Positions 1 through 15,400 of a stretch of DNA of 64,000 nt are shown piece after piece. A model generated the notes under the pieces. It was not told where the DNA came from. It worked only from the letters and a program-made list of their open reading frames with translations, and did not search any database. The first letter of the stretch is position 1. Each line of letters opens with the position of its first letter. Source of the stretch: Eledone cirrhosa. Lineage: Eukaryota. Both the position numbers and the translations under genes were made by a program. The stretch lies in the NCBI GenBank assembly GCA_964016885.1, contig OZ024752.1, positions 186,001 to 250,000 on the forward strand, written 5' to 3'.

Positions 1-27
1 TAAATAGCCGAACTTGTCAAGGGGTAC
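1..27 (-). ncRNA. 5' half of a large U3-A8 hammerhead (cut by window edge)
   Basis: Minus strand reads acccc-UUGACAA-gttcggcta. Homologous to 29282-29306, with the variable core position 7 differing (C vs G). Confidence 0.55.
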
Positions 28-429
28 TTCCTTATATGGGAAGATTGTCAAGAGGATTGGTTAAAATTTGTTGTAAACACAAATAAGTCTAATATATATA
101 TATAATATATATATATACAATCTTGTAACAGATTAAAAGCAGAATGTAGAGGAGGCACAAAAGAGAATAGCAATTGAGGAGGTCACATTTTCTACACGTG
201 TACATTTTTTAGACATGTTTATAAAACCTATATATTGATTCTTCATTTAAGCACAACACCTGCAAATGTTTGGGAAAGGTAAAGTTGATTTCATCAACCC
301 CAGTACTTTACTGGTACTTTATTTTATCGACCGCGGAAGGATGAAAGGCAAAGTCGATGCGAACTCAATGTAAACAGCTAGAAAAATGATATATATTTTA
401 TCTGGTGTTCTATAATATGTATATATTAG

Positions 430-790
430 TGATAGTTGATGCAGCGTGGTTGAATGGTTTAGATGCTCACTTCGCAATTATTAGGTCCCGGTTTCGATCT
501 CACTCCGTGGCAACCCTTGAACAAGAGTAATTTACCCTAGCCTCTGATTAACACGAATCTTGAGTGAAATTGGGGAGCGGAAGTTGTTTGGAAGCCCGTC
601 ATATGGACTGTCGCTATAATTCAAACGGCCAGCCATGTTACATACTCTGTCACGCTGAATCTCACCGAGATTGACATTATGGCTACACGTATCTGTGGAA
701 TGCTCAGCCACTTACACGTTAATTTTGTGAGCAGACTGTTTCATTGATAGAACAACTAGAACACTCATCGTCACCACAGACGGAGTTCCA
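430..790 (+). mobile_element. tRNA-derived SINE, CORE-like family (chimeric head plus common tail)
   Basis: A-box tggttgaatgg, B-box ggtttcgatctc, and tail tgtcacgctgaatctc...gaatgctcagccactt shared with many copies. Confidence 0.7.
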
Positions 791-879
791 TTGTGTATTA
801 GTAATAACAATTTTAAGGTTGTGGACTGTCTAGATTTTATTCAATTATATTTGCATAAGATTTTATTTCAATTTACGTC

Positions 880-919
<40 letters not shown>

Positions 920-1122
920 ATACTTGGGGAGGGTCATATTTGTGTAATATTGCCAGAATTAATAACAGAACACACTCACTGTTTGGTTGGTTTTCGCTTT
1001 TCGCTTCTGTGTCTTTTATATCGGTAATCTAATTTATTCGGTCCTCAATGTTGCCATTGACTGACCGGCGGTCAAAAATAATACAGATACAATATAGACA
1101 CAAACACATATATATAGTTTAT

Positions 1123-1162
1123 CAGAGTTCTTTCGTTGCACATCTGCAACATCGTCAGTGGT
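1123..1162 (-). ncRNA. Degenerate hammerhead core
   Basis: Minus strand CUGACGA-u-gttgca/gatg/tgcaac-GAAA-gaactc. Stem I and the cleavage triplet are not intact. Confidence 0.4.
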
Positions 1163-1543
1163 GCTATTGTTTCCTCCCGTTGCATTGTATGTCTACGCCA
1201 TTTTTATTCAGTCTGTCTATATATTTATTTATTTATTTGTTTGTTTGTTCATTTTATTTTGTCTTCTTTGCGATGCGTTTGCGTATGTGTATAGTGTTTT
1301 GTTTGATGTGTGGTCGTGATTGGGTGACTAGTGTGTGTTTATATGTGTTTGTGGTTATTGTGCTTGTGTATGTATTTATTTATTTATCTATTTATTTATT
1401 TATATATGTTGTCTATGTTACCGTCGTGTTGTTGTCTGGCATGTTCGTATAGTACTGACCCGTTTTTTCGTCCTTTTAGTTCCCCCAGTGTTGGTCTATC
1501 CTTTCACCTATGCTACGAGCTGTCTCACCTATGTATGTTGTTG

Positions 1544-1578
<35 letters not shown>

Positions 1579-3417
1579 CAGAGAAGAGCTGAGGAGGCCT
1601 GGGCCATTGAGAAGATCAAACTCAATCCCAAAGTGTTCTTTTCATTTGCAAAAAAACACAAAATCACTGGCTCTACTGTTGGCCCTCTAATTGATGAAAA
1701 TGGCACTCTTCAAGACAATGCTAAAACCATGGGTGAGATACTGCAGAAACAATACTGCTCTGTTTTCAGCAATCCTGATATGGCCGATCTGGGCTGTATC
1801 GGCGATGTTACTCCCCATTACACCTTATCGGACATAACGTTTGGCGCCCCTGATGTCTTGGCGGCAATAAAGGAAATCAAGCATAATTCAGCAGTAGGTC
1901 CCGATAGGTTCCCTGCTTGTGTCTTGAAGGCGTGTCAACACCAACTTGCATCTCCTCTTGCCAATCTGTGGCGGAACTCACTGGATGCTGGATATGTGCC
2001 AGAAAACCTTCTATCCCAGTCTGTTGTCCCAGTTTTCAAAAAGGGAAACAAATCCCTTGCCGTGAATTACCGTCCAATCTCACTCACCTCTCATATCATT
2101 AAGGTATTTGAGCGAGTGGTGAGATCGCGAATGACCCACTTCCTTGAGAGTAACAATATGCTGAACTCCAACCAGCATGGATTCCGTAATGGAAGGGATT
2201 GCCTGACGCAGCTACTGCATCACTTTGATGACATTTTGAGAGCCTTGGGAGAGGGTTCCAACACTGATGTTATCTACCTTGATTTCAGCAAGGCCTTTGA
2301 CAGGGTTGATCATAACATTCTACTGAGAAAGCTGTCCAATATTGGTGTCACTGGAAAGCTGCTGCAGTGGATCAAGAGCTTCCTGTCAAACAGAACCCAA
2401 CATGTTGTAGTTGAGGGAGTCAAATCCAGCCCAGCCAAAGTCAGTAGTGGGGTCCCACAAGGCACTGTGTTGGGCCCACTTCTCTTCATCATCTATATTA
2501 ATGACATCACTGACATCATCAAACACAGCAACATTAAAATTTTCGCTGATGATTCCAAGCTCCAAAAGGTCATCAATGGCGTGGATGACCGGATAAGCCT
2601 TCAGTCAGACCTACTGGCTGTTACCCAATGGACGGAAAAGAACAACATGTTACTGAACGAAGACAAATTCGAACTGATCCACTTTGGAAAAGAGGATGCT
2701 CTGAAACTCCCGTACTCCCTTCCCTCCGGGGCATCCAACAACATCAGAGACTTGGGAGTAACCGTGGACAGCAACATAAGCTGGACCACGCATATAAGCA
2801 GCAAAGTTGACATGGCCCGCAGAATGTGTTCCTGGATCCTCAGAACCTTCCAGTCGAGAGATTCCCGCACCATTATCCTTCTCTTCTCTACTTTTGCCCG
2901 ACCACACCTTGAATACTGTTGTCCACTGTGGTTTCCCCACACGAAACAAAGTATCATGAAACTTGAAGCTCCTCAAAGGGCAATCACGAAAAAGATAGAT
3001 GGCATGTCAGACCTTGACTACTGGGGTCGATTAGAAAACCTGAAACTTTACTCACTCCAACGTCGCCGTGAGCGTTATATTATCTGCATGATGTGGAAAA
3101 TGTTCCATCATCACTGCCCAAATGATGTTGGCATCGCCTTCAAGATACACCCAAGGCTTGGGCCCCGTGCTATCCGTCCCATTCAAAAATCTAAATCGCA
3201 ACTCATAACAACAATACGGCACAATTATTTCACCTCAATCGGCCCTGCTCTCTTCAACATCACACCAGGACACGTCAAAACAGAAACTGACCACACAAAA
3301 TTCAAGAAGTCTTTGGACAAATTCCTCCAAGTAATCCCGGACAAACCACCCACACCCGGATATGTCTCCGCAAACAGTAATTCTCTTCTCGAATGGGCCA
3401 TGGTGCCCAAATCCTGA
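1579..3417 (+). CDS. 5'-truncated non-LTR retrotransposon ORF2 (reverse transcriptase plus C-terminal region), CR1/L2 group
   Basis: Uninterrupted frame with [69 protein letters not shown] and SLQRRRER. No endonuclease domain; the sequence starts right after a (TA)n tract. Confidence 0.93.
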   Translation, partial: QRRAEEAWAIEKIKLNPKVFFSFAKKHKITGSTVGPLIDENGTLQDNAKTMGEILQKQYCSVFSNPDMADLGCIGDVTPHYTLSDITFGAPDVLAAIKEIKHNSAVGPDRFPACVLKACQHQLASPLANLWRNSLDAGYVPENLLSQSVVPVFKKGNKSLAVNYRPISLTSHIIKVFERVVRSRMTHFLESNNMLNSNQHGFRNGRDCLTQLLHHFDDILRALGEGSNTDVIYLDFSKAFDRVDHNILLRKLSNIGVTGKLLQWIKSFLSNRTQHVVVEGVKSSPAKVSSGVPQGTVLGPLLFIIYINDITDIIKHSNIKIFADDSKLQKVINGVDDRISLQSDLLAVTQWTEKNNMLLNEDKFELIHFGKEDALKLPYSLPSGASNNIRDLGVTVDSNISWTTHISSKVDMARRMCSWILRTFQSRDSRTIILLFSTFARPHLEYCCPLWFPHTKQSIMKLEAPQRAITKKIDGMSDLDYWGRLENLKLYSLQRRRERYIICMMWKMFHHHCPNDVGIAFKIHPRLGPRAIRPIQKSKSQLITTIRHNYFTSIGPALFNITPGHVKTETDHTKFKKSLDKFLQVIPDKPPTPGYVSANSNSLLEWAMVPKS

Positions 3418-3492
3418 ATTGAAAGACTTCGCCAGGTGGTGCTATTAAGTTAGACATGGCCTGGGCCAATACTGGCCAAAACATTTCAAAGT
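1579..3492 (+). mobile_element. CR1/L2-group LINE copy inserted in a (TA)n microsatellite
   Basis: RT ORF plus ~75-bp 3'UTR, with (TA)n on both sides (1545-1578 and 3493-4120). Confidence 0.88.
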
Positions 3493-3514
3493 TATATATA
3501 TATATATATGTATA

Positions 3515-3576
<62 letters not shown>

Positions 3577-3583
3577 TATATAA

Positions 3584-3658
<75 letters not shown>

Positions 3659-3694
3659 AATATATATAAATATATATAAATATATATATATATG

Positions 3695-3748
<54 letters not shown>

Positions 3749-3759
3749 AATATATATAA

Positions 3760-3804
<45 letters not shown>

Positions 3805-3860
3805 TATATATATGAATATATATATATACATATATATATATATACATATATGTATATGTA

Positions 3861-3905
<45 letters not shown>

Positions 3906-4120
3906 GTATATATATATATATGTATGTATATATATATATATGTATGTATATATATATGTATGTATATATATATATATGTATGTATATATATATATGTATA
4001 TATATATATATACACACATATATGTATACGTATATATATATATATATACATATATACACATATATATACACATATATATATTTATACGTATATATATATA
4101 CGTATATATATATATAAATT
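3493..4120. repeat. (TA)n/(TATG)n microsatellite
   Basis: Direct reading. Confidence 0.95.
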
Positions 4121-4239
4121 ACATAAACACACATAATTTATTCGACCACACCCAAACACGAAGCCTCCATCAACACAATTACAAACCCCAAAGGGAACTA
4201 GTTGGAAGAAGAAGAAGAAGAAATTAAAACAGTAACAAA

Positions 4240-5335
4240 AAAACCTCAACAACAACAAGTCACAAATCATTAACAACACTACCATAATTAGCATCAGCAA
4301 TAACACTAACAACTACAGTGGCAACAACAACAGCAATAGCAACAACAACAATAGCAACAACAGCAATAGCAACAACAACAACGATAGCAGCTGGACAATT
4401 ACAGTAGCAACAGCGTCAGTAACAACAACAATATTAACAACAACTGTAGCAACATTATCAACAACGACAACAGTAAGATTAACGATAGCGACAACAACAA
4501 TAACAACAACAACAACAACAACAGTAGCAACAACAACAACAACAACAACAGTAGCAACAACAACAACAACAGTAGCAACAGCAGTGACAACAACAACAGT
4601 GGCAACAACAGTAGCAACAGCAGTGACAACAACAACAGTGGCAACAACAGTAGCAACAACAACAACAACAGTAGCAACAACAACAGTAGCAACAACAACA
4701 ACAGTGGCAATAACAACAACAACAACAGTAGCAACAACAGTGACAACAACAACAACAGTGGCAACAACAGTAGCAACAACAACAACAACAGTAGCAACAA
4801 CAACAGTAGCAACAACAACAACAGTGGCAATAACAACAGTAGCAACAACAACAACAACAACAGTAGCAACAACAGTGACAACAACAACAACAGTGGCAAC
4901 AACAACAACAACAGTGGCAACAACAACAACAACAGTAGCAACAACAGTGACAACAACAACAACAGTGGCAACAACAGTAGCAACAACAACAACAACAGTG
5001 GCAACAACAACAACAACAGTGGCAACAACAACAACAACAGTAGCAACAACAACAACAACAACAGTAGCAACAGCAGTGACAACAACAACAGTGGCAACAA
5101 CAGTAGCAACAACAACAACAACAGTAGCAACAACAACAACAGTGGCAATAACAACAGTAGCAACAACAACAACAACAACAGTAGCAACAACAGTGACAAC
5201 AACAACAACAGTGGCAACAACAACAACAACAGTGGCAACAACAACAACAACAGTAGCAACAACAACAACAGTAGGAACAAGCGGTAATAGCAACAATATC
5301 AACAACAACATTAGCAGCAATATGAATGGCAACGT

Positions 5336-5371
<36 letters not shown>

Positions 5372-5680
5372 CAACATTAGTAACACCACCACCACCACCA
5401 CCGCCAACAACAACAACAACAACAACAATAACAGCAACAACAACAACAGCAACGTTAGTAGTAGTAGTAGTAGTAGTAGTAGCAACATTAGTAACACCAC
5501 CACCACCAACAACAACAACAATAACAGCAACGTTAGTAGTAGTAGTAGTAGTAGTAGCAACATTAGTAACACCACCACCACCACCGCCAACAACAACAAC
5601 AATAACAGCAACGTTAGTAGTAGTAGTAGTAGTAGTAGCAACATTAGAAACACCACCAACAACAACAACAACAGACAAAA
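4240..5680. repeat. (CAA)n-derived trinucleotide satellite with acagtagca/acagtggca units, followed by a (TAG)n-(CAC)n-(CAA)n higher-order repeat
   Basis: Direct reading; four higher-order units at 5330-5670. Confidence 0.93.
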
Positions 5681-5744
5681 CAATGAGAACAAAAGGGGAC
5701 ATTGCAGTTACATAAGATGGCTGTTACTATGGTAACAGTGCAAT

Positions 5745-5783
<39 letters not shown>

Positions 5784-6699
5784 CTGTGTGCGCATGTGTC
5801 TCTGTATGTGTCTGTGAGTATGTCTGTCAGTGTCTGTATGTGTGTGTGTCTGAGTATGTCTGTATGCGTCAGTGTCAGTATGTGTGTGTGTGTGTGTCTG
5901 TGAGTGAGTATGTCTGTCAGTGTCAGTGTGTGTGTGTGTGTGTCTGAGTATGTATGTATGTATGCGTCAGTGTCAGTATGTGTGTGTGTGTGTGTCTGTG
6001 AGTATGTCTGTATGTGTCAGTGTCAGTATGTGTGTGTGTGTCTGTGAGTATGTCTGTATGTGTGTGTGTCTGTGAGTATGTCTGTATGTGTCAGTGTCTG
6101 TATGTGTATGTCAGTATGTGTGTATGTGTGTGTCTGTGAGTATGCCTGTATGTGTGTGTGTGTTGTACCACCGTCAGTCCCGACGGCGAGTGTTCCAGTT
6201 GATCGAACAACGGAACTGCCTGCGCATGAAATTAACGCGTAAGTGGCTGGGCATTCTACAGAACGTAACTCTCAGGGAGATTCAGAGCGGCACAGTGTGT
6301 GACTGACCCCCGGCAATGTCACACAATAATACGTCTAGTACAAGAATCTCAGGGTCACTCCCTGCACATTTCTGTTACTTTCAACGAAAATATTGACTCG
6401 GCAAAACCGAGTCAACATTGCCTTTCATCCCTTCAAGGTGAGTACCACGGGGCTTCCCCACAGCCGCATGCCAGGGTTTGAAAGAATAAAGAATATGACT
6501 GTTATTTCTTGTGGCAAGACTTATTTTCAAAGGTCCTGAGCTTTGAAATAGGCCCTGAGCTTGGCTGGTTGCGCTTGGGGATCTAGCCGGGTCAGTTGGA
6601 GGCGGTTGCTTCTGACATGACCCGCTGGAAGGTGTGTTTGAGGACTTTACTCCCACGACCCTCTCAAGAAGAAGAAGAAGAAGAAGAAGAAGAAGAAAA

Positions 6700-6910
6700 A
6701 AAAAATAATGATTTCATTTATTAGCCACAAGGGCCGACATGTAGACAGGGACAGTGGGGGTTTACAATAAGGTCGAGTAAAAGTGCACAATGGCAAGACT
6801 AATTTAACAATGAAAATATAAAAATATAAAATAAACTATGCATAAATATAACAAAATAAATTCCCCGATAGGGGGTGGACGACCCTGGGGTGACTCGGGT
6901 ACCCCACCAA
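6700..6910 (-). mobile_element. 3'UTR fragment of a Tx1/L1-like LINE
   Basis: Reverse complement (ccccctatcgggg...ggcccttgtggctaataaat) resembles the 3'UTR at 38040-38170. Confidence 0.45.
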
Positions 6911-7020
6911 TCCTGAATCACCCTGTGCTTCAATAATAATAATAAGATTTCTTGTGTCAGATCCTTCCTGTAAGACAGCACCGTTGAAACGTGTGTATTA
7001 CACACTATCACCTCTGATTG

Positions 7021-7342
7021 TGAAGGTGCATGGCTTTGTGGTTAGGGTGTTTGGCTCCCGATCGTAAGGTCGAGAGTTCGATTCCCGGCGGCATGTGATG
7101 TCCTTGAGCAAGACACCTTACTTCAAGTTGTTCCAATCCTCTCAGCTGGCAAAATTGAGTTGCGCCCGTAATTCAAAAGATCCAGCTTTGTCATATAATA
7201 TGTCACGCTGAATCTCCCTGAGAACTACGTTAAGGTTACACGTGTCTGTTGAATGCTCAGCTACTTACTCATTAATTTCATAACCCCGCTATTCCGTTGG
7301 TCGAACAACTGAAAGCCTCGTCATCGAAAACCTATGGAGGTC
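7021..7342 (+). mobile_element. Full-length tRNA-derived SINE, CORE-like family
   Basis: A-box tggctttgtgg, B-box gagttcgattcc, CORE-like tgtccttgagcaagacacctta, and the shared 3' tail. Confidence 0.8.
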
Positions 7343-7359
7343 CATTCCATTCAATACTG

Positions 7360-7682
7360 TATGCATGTTCCCGTAACTCCTCAGGAAGTCGTAGGGGCAC
7401 CGTATTGACACGTTTCTTGGGTATTTTTAAAACCTGGCGGAACGCATCTCCTCTCCAAGCCTGACTACAGCAGAGTTCTTCCAAAGAATGATAAAGAGAG
7501 TGAAAGTGAGGAAGAAATATAGAGGAAGAATCGACCCCAGTACTAGACTGGTACTTTTTAGTATCGACTTCGAAAAGTGAAAGGCAAAGTTTACCTCGGC
7601 AGGATTTGAACACAATGAACAGAGAGCCGAAAATCCGTAAATCCTTCTATCCTACGTTGACTTAGTCAATTCACCGTCTCCC
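7360..7682 (-). mobile_element. tRNA-derived SINE, long-tail variant
   Basis: Central gcctttca...gtcgat...gtaccag domain plus tail cccgtaactcct...ggggcaccg; also at 27585 and 38895. Confidence 0.7.
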
Positions 7683-8959
7683 ATATTACATACCATTAAC
7701 TCTGGTGTAACCCAAAGTTCAGTAATGTCTCCTACACTTTCCTGCCATCATTTACCTTTTTCTTTTACCTTCCTTTTTCATACCCTTTTTGCATTTTCTG
7801 TTTTTTTCGTTCATTTTTTCATTCCTACCTTTATTTTTCTCTTTTTTTTTCTTTAATTATTTATTTTTCCCTTTCATTCATTCTTTCCTTGTCAATTTTC
7901 CTTCAATTTATTTTTGTAACCTTTTTGTGCAATGTTTATAAAAAAGTTAATTAAAAAAAATCCCACCTCGAAAGCAATCGAAGTGACAAAACGACACAGA
8001 GACAGATACATACAAATCTACACTCACACACATACACACACACACAAGAGGTACACAGACACATACAAATTTACTCTCACTCACACACACACACACACAC
8101 ACAGAGGTACACAGACAGACACATATAAATCTACACTCACACACATACAGAGGTACACAGACAGACGCATAAAATCTACACTCACACACATAAACACACA
8201 CAAGAGGTACACAGACAGACACATACAAATTTACACTCACACACATACACACAGAGGTACACAGACAGACACATACAAATCTACACTCACACACCTACAC
8301 ACAGAGATACACAGACAGACACATACAAATCTACACTCACACACATATTACACACATATTACATTGTACCAAAACCAAGCACACAATACATGGCAAATAC
8401 ACACATACACACAGACAGGTCCACACATACAGACATAGATATAAATCCACACTCATACACATACTCACACATACAAAACGACACAGAGACACTCACACAT
8501 ACAAAACGACACAGACACACAAATCCACCACATTGCAGCACCACCAGGTACACAATACACGGTAAATACACACACACACACACAGATACACGCACATACA
8601 TACACAGATACACGCACATACACACACAGATACACACACATACAAACACACACAGATACACACGCAAACACACAGATACACACACATAGTCACAGATACA
8701 CGCACATATACACACACATACACACACAGATACACATACACACACATACACACACAGATACACACACACATACACATAGACACAGATACATACACATTCA
8801 CACACAGATACACACACACACACACACACATTATATGTTATAGTGTCTAATGTAGGTATATGTATGAGAGTATGTTGGACGCCGGAAGGGTGAAAGGAAA
8901 AGTTGAGCTCGGTGGGATTTGAATGTAGACAGCCAGAATAAATACTGCAAGGCATTTTC

Positions 8960-9034
<75 letters not shown>

Positions 9035-9071
9035 TTGTGTGTGTGTATATATATATATATAAATGTGTGTG

Positions 9072-10468
9072 CTAGCAGAGTACCCGGCGTTGGCCAGGTT
9101 AAAGAAAATAATGAAATTTCATTCAAAACTTGATATATTTTCTGAATACTTATGGTGATTGGTTATTCTAACATTACCGGCATGACAAATTCTGTGAGAT
9201 TAATCATCATCATCATTGTTTTTACCATCCGCTTGTTCACGCTTGCATGGGTTAGACGGATCTTTTCAGCACAGCATCTCTCCATTCATCGCGTTCCTTC
9301 CTCATCTCTTCTGTGAGTCTCAGCGATTTGAGATCAGCTCTCACTACCTCTGTCCAGGACTTTCTTGGTCAAGCTCTACTGCGGTTCTTACCACTGCTAT
9401 TTCTAGGCCCCCCCCCCCCCCCAGCGATTATCGTCCATACGCATCCCGTGTCCGTACCAATGCAGTCTTCTCTCCTGCACACTGCTTTGGATTCCTCTTA
9501 ATCCAGCTTATTCTCCAGTTCATCCAGGCTCTGTCTTTCTCCCACTTTTATTGCACATCCAACGAAGCATGGTAGCTTCATTTCTTTCCAGTCTACACGT
9601 GTTTCACTACCATGCAGCCTCGCATTTTGCACACAGGCGTCCCTTTGTACGCAGGAGGAACCTTTTGTTGTGAACAGTGGGCATATCTCTAATTTTTTTC
9701 CCATCCAATCCTTATTCAAGCTATTATGGTCTCCGACCACCTTCCTCCGCTGAAAGTTAAGTCCCCTAGATTGCAGATCAACAACAATAATATAATTGAC
9801 CTAGTAAACACATAAAAGCAAATTATGATAAAACTTCTTTATATACAACATTATGAGTTGTTCCCAATGAAGTATAAATGAAAAGATGTTTTGAACTTCC
9901 AGTACGTGAGCATCCAACATACAATTGTCCACGACAGAAGCAAGAAACTTCTAATTGCAAATCAGTTATGGATAATGTCTGTCCCTAAGATTTGTTGATG
10001 GACATTGCAAAACTTAGTCTAATTGCAAACTGTACTTTAAAAAATTATATTGGTAAATCAGTAGGTTTAAAAGGAATTCTTCGAATAAACATATTATCAT
10101 TTGCTCTCGGAAATAAACAAAAGCTAAGGGTTGAGTCAAATTTTCGTTGAATTACGACTCACTGCATTAACTTTCAGTTATCTTTCGGAAACAACAACAA
10201 AAATCTAACGGAAATGAACATGCTAAAAACTATTACAGGTTTCACAAAAGCTATTTTTAGTAGTGTTTTCATAAATCAAAACGCGTCTCGCTCACTTTCT
10301 TCGCTTTCTTTACCTCTATGTCTTTCTCTCCATGACTACCAATGTTATTTTTCCAAACTCAGACAGACAAACAAACATATAAACAAATGAACATAGATTC
10401 AAATGTGGACATAAGAGATAAACAGACAAAAAAGAACAATTATATATATATATATATATATATAAAGA
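9072..10468 (-). mobile_element. Non-autonomous Helitron-like element with a nested RTE fragment
   Basis: Minus-strand 5' end A|TCTTTATATA at 10468; 3' end cctggccaacgccggg-tactctgCTAG at 9072. Confidence 0.5.
9204..9780 (-). pseudogene. Decayed RTE-clade LINE 3' fragment
   Basis: Translates to PLFTTKG..DACVQNARLHGSET (RTE-type 'CVRSAMLHGSETW' region), with a (GAT)n tail. Confidence 0.65.
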
Positions 10469-10859
10469 TGCACACATACAAGCATGTCTGTTTATGAATC
10501 TATTTCTCCCCCTCTCTCTCTCACTGTATTCCATTCTCTCTCTCTTAACCCCACCCCATATGTATACATATGTATGTGTGCGTAAGATTTTTAATTAAAA
10601 ACCTGGATGATATAATAAATATTAAATATTTATTTTCTCCTACAAACATGTTTGTGTATATGTGTATGTATTTACGTGTTACTGTGTAATGAGTGTAGGT
10701 GTGTATGTTTGTTAATATGCGTGTCTGTTGTTAGTGTATGCATAATAAAATGAAGTGAGTTCGTGTGGGTTAGTGGTTAGGTGTATTTAGCTGACGGTGG
10801 TAAGGTCGTGAGACCAATACAAGGCAGCATGTTATTTCCTTAATCTAAAGTCTGTCTTG

Positions 10860-11105
10860 AACCCAGAGACTCATCATATCAGTGCTTAGCCCGGTTTCTG
10901 TGGCATGAAGTGACTGAGAGTACAAGACTTTCCCCTGGACAGGACGCCAGTCCATTGCAGGGTTAAACCCCGAGCTGAGTATTCTAGAGCAACATGAAAT
11001 GAAGTGTTTTGCTCAAGAACACAACAAACCAACCAGTCCAGGAATCAAACCCATAACATTATGATCGTCAGTCCAACACCCTTACCACTAGGCCACGCGC
11101 CTCCG
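10860..11105 (-). mobile_element. tRNA-derived SINE (CORE-like head, different tail)
   Basis: Minus strand gcgcgtggcctagtggtaagggtgttggact...gggtttgattcctgg, then tgttcttgagcaaaacactt. Confidence 0.7.
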
Positions 11106-11443
11106 CTGTCCTTGATGAAGACACGTATTTCAACGCTACTCTGCTCCCCTCGGCGGACCAAAGTGAGTTGTACCTGTAATTCAAAAGGCGAACTTTATCA
11201 TGCGCTGTGTCACTCTGAATCTCCCTGAGAACTATGTCAACAGTGTATTTGTCTATGAAATACTCAGCCACTTGCACTTGCTAGTTAATTTCACGAGCTG
11301 GATGTTCCTTTGTTCAAACAAATGGATGAGGCATCGTGAAGAGCGACGGAAGTCCAACCCACACTACAAAATGGTTTCTGATTTAGGCACAAGGCCAATA
11401 ATTTGGGGGGAAGGGGAAGTCGATGAAATCGATCCCACTACTT

Positions 11444-11506
<63 letters not shown>

Positions 11507-11859
11507 TCATAACAGCTGTCACATACACACATACAGTATAACAGCAGTCACGCATATACACACTTCACAAGAGCAGTCACACATACACTTACATACACAC
11601 ATCACACAAGATGTCACATACATACACACATAACAGCTGTCACACACACACACATATATACACACACACGCACATATACACACATACATGCACACAACAT
11701 AACATGTCACACACACACACACACACGTAATAACCACACACACACATCTCACCACACTGCACATCAGCACATGACACCACATTTTATCACAACATACTAT
11801 CCACTTAAAACACACACACACACACCCACACTATACCTCACCTCGCACTGTGATTTGGT

Positions 11860-12155
11860 CCTTCGGCTGATTCGACGAAGAGTATTCTAGCTGTTTGGTC
11901 AATGGAACACCCTGCTCGTCAGATTAACGTGCAAGTGGCTGAGCATTCCACAGATATGTGTACTCTTGACGTAATTCTCAGGATGGTGCTTTGAACTTCG
12001 ACTACAACTCATGGCAGCTGAGTGGACTGGAGCAACGTGGAATAAAGTGTCTTGTTGAAGGGGGGGGGGCGACGACAACAGCATCGCCGGGAATCGAACG
12101 CTCGACCGTTGGATTGTAAGTTGATCACCGTAAGTAGTATACCACGCACCTTCAC
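11860..12155 (-). mobile_element. CORE-like SINE copy
   Basis: Reverse complement of the 7021 family head and tail. Confidence 0.6.
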
Positions 12156-12469
12156 ACTGTATATCACACACACATATACACACACAGGCAGTACGTTTCG
12201 CCTTACAAAACCACCTTACCACACCGTATAACAGGTAGCACGTTAAGTCACAACAGCAGATACCACCACCACCGCCACCACCACACATACTCCGAAGTAA
12301 CGCAGCTTCCCCCACACATATATACAAACACACACATACACCGTGACAACACACAACACCACCACCACCACTGTCATACATATAAAGACATCACACACCA
12401 CCACCACTCTCACAGTCAGACACACTCGGCCGTAATATACCACACACACACACACACCAGACATATACA

Positions 12470-15400
12470 CTAAGACACAGCCTACATACATACACTACAG
12501 TCACACACACAGACACAGCCTACATACATACACTACAGTCACACACACAGACACAGCCTACATACATACACTACAGTCACAACCTACATACATACACTAC
12601 AGTCACACACACACAGACAGACACAGCCTACATACATACACTACAGTCACACACAGAGACACAGCCTACATACATACACTACAGTCACACACACAGACAC
12701 AGCCTACATATATACACTACAGTCACACACACAAAGACACAGCCTACATACACACACTACAGTCACACACACACAGACACAGCCTACATACACACACTAC
12801 AGTCACACACACAAAGACACAGCCTACATACATACACTACAGTCACACACACACAGACACAGACTACATACACACACTACAGTCACACACACAGACATCC
12901 TACACACACACACTACAGTCACACACACAGACATCCTACATACATACACTACAGTCACACACACACACAGCCTACATACATACACTACAGTCACACACAC
13001 ACATCCTACATTTATACACTACAGTCACACACACACAGACACAGCCTACATACATACACTACAGTCACACACACAGACACAGCCTACATACACACACTAC
13101 AGTCACACACACACAGACACAGCCTACATACACACACTACAGTCACACACACACAGACACAGCCTACATACACACACTACAGTCACACACACAAAGACAC
13201 AGCCTACATACATACACTACAGTCACACACACAGACACAGCCTACATACATACACTACAGTCACACACACACAGACACAACCTACATACACACACTAGTC
13301 ACACACACAAAGACAGCCTACATACATACACTACAGTCACACACACAGACACAGCCTACATACATACACTACAGTCACACACACAGACACAGCCTACATA
13401 CATACACTACAGTCACACACACAGACACAGCCTACATACATACACTACAGTCACACACACAGACACAACCTACATACATACACTACAGTCACACACACAG
13501 ACACAGCCTACATAAACACACTACAGTCACACACACAGACACAGCCTACATACATACACTACAGTCACACACACAAAGACACAGCCTACATACACACACT
13601 ACAGTCACAGCCTACATACACACACTACAGTCACACACACAGACACAGCCTACATACATACACTACAGTCACACACACACAGACACAGCCTACATACACT
13701 AGTCACACACACACAGACACAGCCTACATACATACACTACAGTCACACACACACAGCCTACATACATACACTACAGTCACACACACAGACACAGACTACA
13801 TACATACACTACAGTCACACACACACAGACACAGCCTACATACATACACTACAGTCACACACACACAGACACAGCCTACATACACACACTACAGTCACAC
13901 ACACAGACACAGCCTACATACATACACTACAGTCACACACACAGACACAGTCTACATACACACACTACAGTCACACACACACAGACACAGCCTATATACA
14001 CACACTACAGTCACACACACACAGACACAGCCTACATACATACACTACAGTCACACACACACAGACACAGCCTACATACACACACTACAGTCACACACAC
14101 AGACACAGCCTACATACATACACTACAGTCACACACACAGACACAGTCTACATACACACACTACAGTCACACACACAAAGACACAGCCTACATACACACA
14201 CTACAGTCACACACACACAGACAGCCTACATACACACACACAGACACAGCCTACATACACACACTACAGTCACACACACAAAGACACAGCCTACATACAT
14301 ACACTACAGTCACACACACAAAGACACCCTACATACATACACTACAGTCACACACAGACACAGCCTACATACACACACTACAGTCACACACACAGACACA
14401 GCCTACATACACACACTACAGTCACACACACACACAGACACAGCCTACATACATACACTACAGTCACACACACACAGACACAGACTACATACATACACTA
14501 CAGTCACACACACACAGACACAGACTACATACATACACTACAGTCACACACACACAGACACAGCCTACATACACACACTAGTCACACACACAGACACAGA
14601 CTACATACATACACTACAGTCACACAGACACAGACTACATACATACACTAAAGTCACACACACAGACACAGCCTACATACACACACTAGTCACACACACA
14701 GACACAGACTACATACACACACTACAGTCACACACACACAGACACAGCCTACATACACACACTACAGTCACACACACAAAGACACAGCCTACATACATAC
14801 ACTACAGTCACACACACAGACACAGCCTACATACATACACTACAGTCACACACACACAGACACAACCTACATACACACACTACAGTCACACACACAAAGA
14901 CAGCCTACATACATACACTACAGTCACACACACAGACACAGCCTACATACATACACTACAGTCACACACACAGACACAGCCTACATACATACACTACAGT
15001 CACACACACAGACACAGCCTACATACATACACTACAGTCACACACACAGACACAACCTACATACATACACTACAGTCACACACACAGACACAGCCTACAT
15101 AAACACACTACAGTCACACACACAGACACAGCCTACATACATACACTACAGTCACACACACAAAGACACAGCCTACATACATACACTAGTCACACACACA
15201 CAGCCTACATACATACACTACAGTCACACACACACAGCCTACATACACACACTACAGTCACAGCCTACATACACACACTACAGTCACACACACAGACACA
15301 GCCTACATACATACACTACAGTCACACACACACAGACACAGCCTACATACATACACTAGTCACACACACACAGCCTACATACATACACTACAGTCACACA

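Noticed and set aside
1510-1578. N-terminus of the 635-aa ORF
   Set aside because: Read-through of flanking (TA)n; the element is 5'-truncated at ~1579.
4313-5735. Mucin-like Thr-rich and poly-Leu/Val/Cys ORFs
   Set aside because: Trinucleotide satellite open in several frames on both strands.
7021-7095. tRNA genes at SINE heads
   Set aside because: A/B boxes are present but there is no intact cloverleaf, and each is followed by a SINE body.
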